DNA from: Myxococcales bacterium
Lineage (GTDB): Bacteria; Myxococcota_A; UBA9042; JABWCM01; BTVJ01
Length of the DNA stretch: 64,000 bases
NCBI GenBank assembly: GCA_045863395.1
Contig: BTVJ01000006.1
Location: 1-64,000, forward strand
Direction: 5' to 3'
In this document: positions 56,845 to 64,000 of the stretch, one piece after another
Numbering within the stretch: position 1 is the stretch's first letter
Layout of the letters: every line of letters begins with the position of its first letter
Made by a program: the position numbers and the translations under genes
Notes under the pieces: model-generated
The model's input: the letters and a program-made list of their open reading frames with translations, nothing else
Told to the model about the DNA's origin: nothing
The model's database searches: none

Positions 56845-56920
56845 GGGCGAATAGCTCAGTTGGCAGAGCATCGGCCTTACAAGCCGGAGGTCACAGGTTC
56901 GAGCCCTGTTTCGCCCACCA
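56845..56920 (+). tRNA. tRNA-Val (TAC)
   Basis: Acceptor GGGCGAA/TTCGCCC, D arm TAGCTCAGTTGGCAGAGC, anticodon loop CT-TAC-AA, T loop GGTTCGAG, ACCA end; 76 nt. Confidence 0.97.
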
Positions 56921-56953
56921 GCGTACAGTGCGTGCCTGAGACGCGGGTTTCAT

Positions 56954-57030
<77 letters not shown>

Positions 57031-57040
57031 AGCACGACCG

Positions 57041-57075
57041 AAGAGCCCCCTGGCAGCCGCCTGGGGGCTTTTTTC
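57041..57075 (+). terminator. Rho-independent terminator of the tRNA operon
   Basis: AGCCCCC...GGGGGCT stem followed by a T-run. Confidence 0.85.
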
Positions 57076-57177
57076 GTTTCGGGGCGGTGCCGCCGCCGCC
57101 GTTGACGCATGGGCCTCGGGGGCTACACTGCGCAAGGCTCGACGGCGGGCCCGACGGGGGCCCGGGGAGCGGGACGG

Positions 57178-58083
57178 ATGAAGAACAAGGACTACTACGA
57201 GATCCTGGGCGTCCCACGCGACGCCTCGGCGGCCGACATCAAGAAGGCCTTCCGGAAGCTCGCCAAGGAGCACCACCCCGACAAGAACCCGGGGGACGCC
57301 GGCGCAGAGGAGCGGTTCAAGCAGATCAACGAGGCCTACGCCGTGCTGAGCGACGCGGACAAGCGCCGCCAGTACGACCGGGTGGGCACCGACGCCTTCC
57401 ACCGCCAGTACTCGACCGAGGACATCTTCCGCGGCTTCGACTTCTCGTCGATCTTCCAGGACATGGGCATGGGCGCTCAGGGAGGAGCGGACCTCTTCGC
57501 CAACCTGTTCGGGCGTGGCGCGCGGCGTCCGGGGAGGGGGGCCGACCCCCGCGGTCCCCACCTGCGCAAGGGCCAGGACCTGAGCCACGACATGGAGATC
57601 GGCTTCGAGGAGGCGGTGACCGGCAGCGAGCGTCGCATGACCTTCCGCACGGGCGACGAGGAGCACTCCTTCAACGTGCGCATCCCCGCGGGCGTCGAGG
57701 ACGGTCAGAAGCTGAGGATCCGCGGCAAGGGGGGCCCCGGCGGCGCGGGAGGGCCGGCTGGCGACCTGATCCTCACAATCACCGTGAGCCCACACCCCCT
57801 CTACCGGCGGGAGGGGAGCGATCTGCTCGTCGACGTGGAGATCGGCGTGGCAGAGGCCATTCTTGGCGCGACCATCGAAGTGCCCACCCTGTCCGGCCCG
57901 AAGCGCCTGCGCGTCCCGCCGGGCACCCAGCCGGGCTCTCGGCTGCGGCTCCGCGGGCTGGGCGTCGCGCGACAGGGGCACGCCGCGGGGGACCTCTACG
58001 TGGTGCTGAAGGTGCGCGTCCCATCGCCGGACGAGCTGACCGCGGAGCAGCGGGAGGTCCTGGAGGGGCTGCTCGTGGGGTGA
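57178..58083 (+). CDS. DnaJ class II chaperone (CbpA-like, no zinc finger)
   Basis: [29 protein letters not shown] region, IPAGV, GDL, IEVPTL; no CxxCxGxG repeats. Confidence 0.93.
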   Translation: MKNKDYYEILGVPRDASAADIKKAFRKLAKEHHPDKNPGDAGAEERFKQINEAYAVLSDADKRRQYDRVGTDAFHRQYSTEDIFRGFDFSSIFQDMGMGAQGGADLFANLFGRGARRPGRGADPRGPHLRKGQDLSHDMEIGFEEAVTGSERRMTFRTGDEEHSFNVRIPAGVEDGQKLRIRGKGGPGGAGGPAGDLILTITVSPHPLYRREGSDLLVDVEIGVAEAILGATIEVPTLSGPKRLRVPPGTQPGSRLRLRGLGVARQGHAAGDLYVVLKVRVPSPDELTAEQREVLEGLLVG

Positions 58084-58119
58084 GCGGGGCACCTGGCGCT
58101 GAACGCAGGCCAGCGTCGG

Positions 58120-59469
58120 TCAGAGGCACGCCCCATCGACGCACTGGCCCGGCTTCCCGGCGGACGTGATGCACTTCACGATGCCGCAGGCGTCGGTGGG
58201 CGGTGTCCCCAGCGGCTCGCACACGGCCGTCCCCTGATTGGGGGGGGGCTGAGGGCAGTCCGCGGCAGAGTCGCACTCGAGGGCGCAGACCCCGGACTTG
58301 CAGACGCTGCCTTTGTACCCGCAGTCCTTCGGCGATTCGCAGAGCCGCCCGATGGGTACGACCTGGCCCACGCACTGGATGGCCGCCAACGTGCAGATCG
58401 TCGCCGGCGGACACTCGCAGATGTCGGGGACCGTGCACGCGTTGCCGTCGTTGCACGCCTGGCCCACGGCCGGGACCGGGGTGCAGCTCCCATCTTCGGG
58501 CGAGCACACGGCCTTGTGGCACGGGTTGGTGGGCTTCGCGCACTTCGAGTTCCCAGCACACACTCCGCTCGACGTGCACTTGTCGAAGGTGGTGCACTTG
58601 TCGCCGTCGTCGCACAACGCGCCCACGTCCGGGGTCTGAACGCAGGTCCCCGTTTCCGGGTCGCAGGCCGCCTTGTGGCACGGGTCGGCGGTGCATTCCA
58701 TCGCGACGCCGGCGCAGGTGCCGTCCCCCAGACAGGAGTCCTTCTCGGTGCAGTTGTCGCCGTCGTCGCACCCGGCTCCGACCTGCGGCGCGCTCTTGCA
58801 GCCCGTGACCGGGTCGCAGGAGTCGGCCGTACACGGGTTCTCGTCGTCGCAGCTCACGAGGGAGACGGCCACGCAGAGCCCGGCGGCGTTGCACCGGTCC
58901 TCGAAGCACGCGTCGGTCACGCCGCAGGGGACTCCCACACCCAGCTCCACGAGCCGGCACTTGGCGGCCTTGCACTGCTCAACCACGCATGCGGTGGGCT
59001 CCTGGCCCGGCTCGTCGCAGGGCTCGCCGTCCGGCATCGCCCCGGGCGAGCACGCTCCATCGATGCACCGCCCCACCACGCACTCAGGGAGCGGCCCCGA
59101 GGGGACGCAGTCCTCGTCCACCGTACAGTCGGGCGGGAACGACACGTCGCCCACCACGATGTCCACCGGCTCGGTGTCCGGGGCGTCTGCGCCGTCCGCG
59201 CCGTGTGGGACGTCGGTGGACCCGTCAGCGATTGCGCCATCCACCGGCGGGACGTCGGGCAGCGCGGAGTCCGGCGGCGAGCCCGAGTCCTTCGCCGCGT
59301 CCACCACTGGTACGTCGGAGGTGGTCGTGTCCGGGACACCGTCGCTCTTGCCCGTGTCAGCGGGCGCGGACGCGGAGTCCTGGTAGTAGGACTGGGGGAT
59401 GTCGATGGTGCAGCCCGCTGCCACGAAGAGCGCCAGCAGGGCAAATCCAGGTGTTGCTCGCCGAATCAC
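58120..59469 (-). CDS. Cys-rich repeat lipoprotein
   Basis: Lipobox AAGC; D/P-rich linker; repeated CDDGxxCTxxDxC units. Confidence 0.8.
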   Translation of the reverse strand: MIRRATPGFALLALFVAAGCTIDIPQSYYQDSASAPADTGKSDGVPDTTTSDVPVVDAAKDSGSPPDSALPDVPPVDGAIADGSTDVPHGADGADAPDTEPVDIVVGDVSFPPDCTVDEDCVPSGPLPECVVGRCIDGACSPGAMPDGEPCDEPGQEPTACVVEQCKAAKCRLVELGVGVPCGVTDACFEDRCNAAGLCVAVSLVSCDDENPCTADSCDPVTGCKSAPQVGAGCDDGDNCTEKDSCLGDGTCAGVAMECTADPCHKAACDPETGTCVQTPDVGALCDDGDKCTTFDKCTSSGVCAGNSKCAKPTNPCHKAVCSPEDGSCTPVPAVGQACNDGNACTVPDICECPPATICTLAAIQCVGQVVPIGRLCESPKDCGYKGSVCKSGVCALECDSAADCPQPPPNQGTAVCEPLGTPPTDACGIVKCITSAGKPGQCVDGACL

Positions 59470-59551
59470 GCGATCCTCACGTCTGCGGGGGTCTCCAGCG
59501 TTGCCTGCGCCGGTGCTTCCTCTGTAACAGCCACTGCGCCGTTCGGCAAGC

Positions 59552-60001
59552 TCACCGCTTGTACGGTTCGAGCTCGGCGCACGCCTCGGGCAGATCGCCG
59601 AAGGCGTCCTCCAGCAGCAGGGCGAGGCGCCTGGCACACCGCCTCAGCTCCGTGAGCAGGGCCGCGTGGGGCGCCTCGAAGGCGCGCTCCTGCAGGTCGA
59701 CCCGCACCAGGTCGCCAGCCACGCTCAGCGCCACCTCCAGCCGCGTGTCGGGCAGCTCGACGGTGACCTCCACGGTCTCCCGCACGGCCTCCAGGCCGTC
59801 GATGAGCCGGGGCAGCGCCTGGTCGAGCCGGTCCCAGTACCGCTCGTCGAGGACCTCGCGCCCGCCGACGCTGACGATGAGGGCGCCGTCGATGCCGCCC
59901 TCCCGCAGGTCCTGGCGCAGCACGGCCGGCTCCGGGAGGTCCTCCTCGCGCACGAAGTCGGCCCCGAGGCCCAGCGCGAAGGTCACGCGCACGTTGCTCA
60001 T
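59552..60001 (-). CDS. Hypothetical protein (149 aa)
   Basis: ATG 60001 overlaps the tdk stop; GGAG RBS; protein-like composition. Confidence 0.7.
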   Translation of the reverse strand: MSNVRVTFALGLGADFVREEDLPEPAVLRQDLREGGIDGALIVSVGGREVLDERYWDRLDQALPRLIDGLEAVRETVEVTVELPDTRLEVALSVAGDLVRVDLQERAFEAPHAALLTELRRCARRLALLLEDAFGDLPEACAELEPYKR

Positions 60002-60606
60002 GGTGTCTCCGGGGTGGCGTCGAGGGGGATCGCGTACTGCTCCTGCAGGTCGGGTTCGAAGCAGCGCCGGCACCGGGCCTCGTAGGTGCCCGTGGCTCCG
60101 ACCAGGACCCGGTCCGCGTTGGCGATGAGGCGCTGCGTGCGGTTCGCCGGGGCGCCGCAGCGCGCGCAGATCGCGAGCGTCTTGGTGACGTACTCGGCGA
60201 CCGCCATGAGCTGGGGCACCGGCTCGAAGGGGAGGCCCCGGTAGTCCTGGTCGAGGCCCGCCACGATCACGCGCCGGCCCATGTTGGCGAGGCGGGTGCA
60301 CAGGTCCACGACGCCGGCGTCGAAGAACTGCACCTCGTCGATGCCGACGACCTCCGTGCGGTCGTCCAGGGACCGCAGGATGTCCGCGGTGGTCCGCACC
60401 ACCGTCGCCGGGATCCGCTGCTCGCTGTGGCTGACGATCTCGTCCGCCGCGTAGCGGTCGTCCAGGGCCGGCTTGAAGATCTGGACGCGCTGGCGCGCGA
60501 TCAGGGCGCGGCGGAGGCGCCGGATCAGCTCCTCGCTCTTGCCGCTGAACATGCTGCCGCAGATGACCTCGATGCTCCCGGCCGGGACCCGGTAGTGCGC
60601 TTGCAT
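59998..60606 (-). CDS. tdk: Thymidine kinase
   Basis: [43 protein letters not shown]. Confidence 0.96.
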   Translation of the reverse strand: MQAHYRVPAGSIEVICGSMFSGKSEELIRRLRRALIARQRVQIFKPALDDRYAADEIVSHSEQRIPATVVRTTADILRSLDDRTEVVGIDEVQFFDAGVVDLCTRLANMGRRVIVAGLDQDYRGLPFEPVPQLMAVAEYVTKTLAICARCGAPANRTQRLIANADRVLVGATGTYEARCRRCFEPDLQEQYAIPLDATPETP

Positions 60607-60716
60607 GGACGGCGTTATAGCACGCACGCTGGCACCGTCCAACGGGCTTGTGCGCCGGGGGGATTGTTGGTAGGGATCGCTCCGTCCCAACGCAGAGCAC
60701 CCCCGACGGAGGCGTG

Positions 60717-63161
60717 ATGAGCGACGAGCAGAAGGCGGAAGAGGCGACTGGCTACCCCTTTGCCGCCATCGAGGCGAAGTGGCAGGAGCACTGGGTCACG
60801 AACCAGACCTTCAAGGTCGAGGACGGCGACGAGAAGCCCAAGCTCTACGTGCTCGACATGTTCCCGTACCCATCGGCCGCGGGCCTCCACGTGGGCCACC
60901 CCGAGGGGTACACCGCGACGGACATCCTGACCCGCTACAAGTGGATGCGTGGGTACAACGTGCTGCACCCCATGGGCTGGGACGCCTTCGGGCTCCCCGC
61001 CGAGCAGCACGCCATCGAGAAGGGCATCCACCCGGCGATCATCACGGCGAGCAACGTCGCCAACTTCCGGCGCCAGATCCAGGCGCTCGGCTTCGCCTAC
61101 GACTGGTCGCGGGAGGTGGACACCACCGACCCCAAGTACTACCGCTGGACGCAGTGGATCTTCCTCCAGCTCTACAAGAAGGGCCTGGCCTACCAGTCCG
61201 ATGCGCCGGTCAACTGGTGCCCGGCCCTGGGGACCGTCCTCTCCAACGAGGAGGTGGTCGACGGCAAGAGCGAGCGCGGCGGGCACCCGGTGGTGCGGCG
61301 GCCCATGCGCCAGTGGATGCTGAAGATCACGGCCTACGCCGACCGCCTGCTGGAGGACCTGGAGGACCTCGACTGGACCGAGAGCATCAAGCAGATGCAG
61401 CGCAACTGGATCGGCCGGTCCGAGGGCGCCGAGGTGTCCTTTCCCCTCGCCGAAGGGGAGGGCAGCATCCGCGTGTTCACGACCCGCCCGGACACGCTCT
61501 TCGGCGCCACCTACATGGTGCTGGCGCCGGAGCACCCGCTGGTCGCCGCCATCACGACGGAGGAGCGCAAGGCCGAGGTGAATGCCTACGCGGAGGCCGC
61601 CTCGCGCAAGAGCGACTTCGAGCGCACGGAGGTCGCCAAGGTCAAGACCGGCGCCTTCACGGGGGCCTGTGCCATCAACCCGGTCAACGGGGAGCGGATC
61701 CCCGTGTGGATCGCCGACTACATCCTGGCGACCTACGGGACCGGCGCCATCATGGCCGTGCCCGCCCACGACGAGCGGGACTTCGAGTTCGCGCAGGTCT
61801 TCGGCTTGCCGGTTCGGCGCGTGGTCGCGCGGACGCTGGAGGACGGGGCGCTGCCGGTGGAGCGGGCCGAGATCGAGGACGGCGTCGCGGTCGACAGCGG
61901 GGAGTTCACGGGGATGCCGACGCCTGAGTTCAAGCGGGCGATCATCGCCTGGCTCGAGGAGCGCGGCATCGGCACGAAGATGGTCAACTACCGGCTGCGC
62001 GACTGGCTCTTCTCGCGCCAGCGGTACTGGGGCGAGCCCTTCCCGGTCATCACGCTCGAGGACGGCACGGTGAAGCCGCTGCCCGAGAGCGCGCTGCCGG
62101 TGCTGCTCCCGGACGTGGAGCGCTACGAGCCCACGGGCACCGGGGAGTCGCCGCTGGCGGCCATCGACGCCTGGGTGAACACCACGGACCCGGAGACGGG
62201 GCTCCCCGCCCGGCGCGAGACCAACACCATGCCCCAGTGGGCCGGCTCCTGCTGGTACTACCTGCGCTACCTGGACCCGCACAACGACGAGAAGCCCTGG
62301 GACCCCGAGATCGAGAAGAAGTGGATGCCCGTCGACGTGTACGTGGGCGGCGCCGAGCACGCGGTGCTCCACCTGCTCTACGCCCGCTTCTGGCACAAGG
62401 TCCTCTATGACCTCGGGTGGGTGTCCACCAAGGAGCCCTTCCAGCGCCTGGTCAACCAGGGGATGATCCTCGGGGAGGACGGCGAGAAGATGTCCAAGTC
62501 GCGGGGGAACGTGGTGAACCCCGACGAGGTCATCCGCGAGTTCGGCGCCGACTCCATGCGCCTCTACGAGATGTTCATGGGGCCGCTCGAGACCGTCAAG
62601 CTCTGGAACACCCACAGCATCAACGGGGTGAAGCGCTTCCTCGACCGGGTGTGGCGGCTGTTCGAGCGGCCCTTCGTCGACGAGGCGCCGCCGGACCGCC
62701 AGGTGCGGTCGCTCCACAAGGCGGTCCGCAAGGTCACCGAGGACCTGGACGTCATGCGCTACAACACCGCGATCAGCGCCATGATGATCCTGCTGAACGA
62801 CCTCTCGAAGGAGGAGACCCAGCACCGCTCCGTGCTGGAGGCCTTCTGCAAGCTGCTCGCGCCGTTCGCGCCGCACATCGGGGAGGAGCTGTGGACCGTG
62901 CGGTTGGGGCATGCGCCGAGCGTGTGCAAGGCGGCGTGGCCGACCTTCGACCCGGCGCTGACCGTCGACGAGCAGGTGACCATCGTCGTGCAGGTCAACG
63001 GCAAGGTCCGCGGGCGCTTCGAGGCGGCGCTGGACGCCGGCGAGGACGAGGTGCGCGAGCGGGCGCTCTCCGACGAGCGGGTGTCGTCATGGCTCGACGG
63101 CAAGGCCGTCAAGAAGGTGGTCGTGGTGCGCAACAAGCTCGTCAGCATCGTCGCCGCATGA
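60717..63161 (+). CDS. leuS: Leucine-tRNA ligase
   Basis: [53 protein letters not shown]. Confidence 0.98.
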   Translation: MSDEQKAEEATGYPFAAIEAKWQEHWVTNQTFKVEDGDEKPKLYVLDMFPYPSAAGLHVGHPEGYTATDILTRYKWMRGYNVLHPMGWDAFGLPAEQHAIEKGIHPAIITASNVANFRRQIQALGFAYDWSREVDTTDPKYYRWTQWIFLQLYKKGLAYQSDAPVNWCPALGTVLSNEEVVDGKSERGGHPVVRRPMRQWMLKITAYADRLLEDLEDLDWTESIKQMQRNWIGRSEGAEVSFPLAEGEGSIRVFTTRPDTLFGATYMVLAPEHPLVAAITTEERKAEVNAYAEAASRKSDFERTEVAKVKTGAFTGACAINPVNGERIPVWIADYILATYGTGAIMAVPAHDERDFEFAQVFGLPVRRVVARTLEDGALPVERAEIEDGVAVDSGEFTGMPTPEFKRAIIAWLEERGIGTKMVNYRLRDWLFSRQRYWGEPFPVITLEDGTVKPLPESALPVLLPDVERYEPTGTGESPLAAIDAWVNTTDPETGLPARRETNTMPQWAGSCWYYLRYLDPHNDEKPWDPEIEKKWMPVDVYVGGAEHAVLHLLYARFWHKVLYDLGWVSTKEPFQRLVNQGMILGEDGEKMSKSRGNVVNPDEVIREFGADSMRLYEMFMGPLETVKLWNTHSINGVKRFLDRVWRLFERPFVDEAPPDRQVRSLHKAVRKVTEDLDVMRYNTAISAMMILLNDLSKEETQHRSVLEAFCKLLAPFAPHIGEELWTVRLGHAPSVCKAAWPTFDPALTVDEQVTIVVQVNGKVRGRFEAALDAGEDEVRERALSDERVSSWLDGKAVKKVVVVRNKLVSIVAA

Positions 63162-63174
63162 TGGGGGACCCGCC

Positions 63175-64000
63175 ATGACAGGTGCCACCGACGTCCGCGC
63201 GAACACCGACTCCTTCGAGGCGGCCGCCCGGGAGGCGCACCCCGAGCAGGGGCCGACCCTCGGCCAGCGCCCCCCCTTCGTCGGGCGGCGCGAGGAGCTG
63301 GAGCTGCTCTACAACGCCGTCCGCGACACGGTGAAGAAGAGGCGCCTGCACCGGGTGAACATCGTGGGCGACGCGGGCACGGGCAAGACCCGGCTCGTCG
63401 ACGAGTTCTTCGACCTGATCGAGAGCGGCAGCAAGCGCCTCCACGTGGTCCGCTGCGCGGTGGGGGAGGCGGACGGTGACGGCCCCCTCGGGGTCCTGGC
63501 GGCGGTGCTGCGCGGGTTGTTCGGGGTCGAAGCGCGTGACGAGGAGGATGTCGCCCGCCGCAAGATCACCGACCGGGTGCTCTCGATCCTCGGGCGGGCC
63601 CGCCCCGAAGACGTGCGGATGCTCAGCGCGCTCCTCGGGCACGGCTCGGCGCGGGAGGCGCTGGCCGGTGAGCCTGGGGGCGAGCCGGGCTGGGAGGCTG
63701 CGGTCCTGTCGCTGGGTGGGGCGCTGCTGACGGCCGACGCCCAGCGGCGCCCCCTGTTCCTGGTCATCGACGGGTTCCGCTGGACGGACGCGGGCGCGCT
63801 GGCGCCCGTGGAGCGCTTCTTCGAGGCCGTGGACCGGCTGCCCGTGCTCGTGCTCCTCGTGTCGCGGAGGCCGCTGCCGCCGGCCCTGGACAAGGTCCCG
63901 GGCGAGCGTCGCTCCATCGCGCTCGGCCCGCTCAGCGCGGCAGACACGGAGCGCCTGGCGCGCAACGTCCTCGACGGCGTGCGCGGCGACGTCGAGCCCA
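63175..64000 (+). CDS. AAA_16/STAND-like ATPase; partial, runs off the right edge
   Basis: Not in the ORF track. Hand translation from ATG 63175: PFVGRREELELL, Walker A GDAGTGKT, Walker B-like LFLVIDGFRWTD. Confidence 0.85.
   Translation, partial: MTGATDVRANTDSFEAAAREAHPEQGPTLGQRPPFVGRREELELLYNAVRDTVKKRRLHRVNIVGDAGTGKTRLVDEFFDLIESGSKRLHVVRCAVGEADGDGPLGVLAAVLRGLFGVEARDEEDVARRKITDRVLSILGRARPEDVRMLSALLGHGSAREALAGEPGGEPGWEAAVLSLGGALLTADAQRRPLFLVIDGFRWTDAGALAPVERFFEAVDRLPVLVLLVSRRPLPPALDKVPGERRSIALGPLSAADTERLARNVLDGVRGDVEP

Overview
High-GC chromosomal segment (roughly 70% by eye, not computed), most consistent with a Myxococcota/deltaproteobacterial genome given its many Cys-rich lipoproteins, a Ser/Thr kinase and a multiheme cytochrome. 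It holds about 52 CDS and two tRNAs (Val-TAC, Asp-GTC). I saw no CRISPR array, integrase, transposase or reverse transcriptase. Recognisable genes include aspS, leuS, tdk, ggt, galE, a divergent pnp, a CbpA-type J protein, fur and a vapBC pair. Two clusters stand out. (1) At 30.4-34.6 kb, an operon pairs an intact biotin carrier and an intact carboxyltransferase with two apparently catalytically dead but unbroken genes: a biotin carboxylase missing its ATP-grasp lid domain and catalytic residues, and a phosphopantetheinyl transferase missing its metal ligands. Palindromic operators lie upstream. (2) At 41.2-49.7 kb, an eight-gene cluster next to fur has two promoters, each carrying a near-identical Fur-type palindrome. 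It encodes a GT-C-like membrane protein, a copper-less cupredoxin, a DUF4856-like lipoprotein, a porin, an FMN-binding protein and a His-rich membrane protein, and is a candidate TonB-independent reductive iron-uptake system. Also notable are a 9-heme cytochrome/NrfC/NrfD module with an FNR-like box, a Cys-rich stalk lipoprotein tipped with a c-type heme domain, and tandem 14-blade RCC1 paralogs with variable loops. All family calls come from motif recognition by eye; no database searches were run. Many start codons are reassigned downstream of the ORF-track starts.
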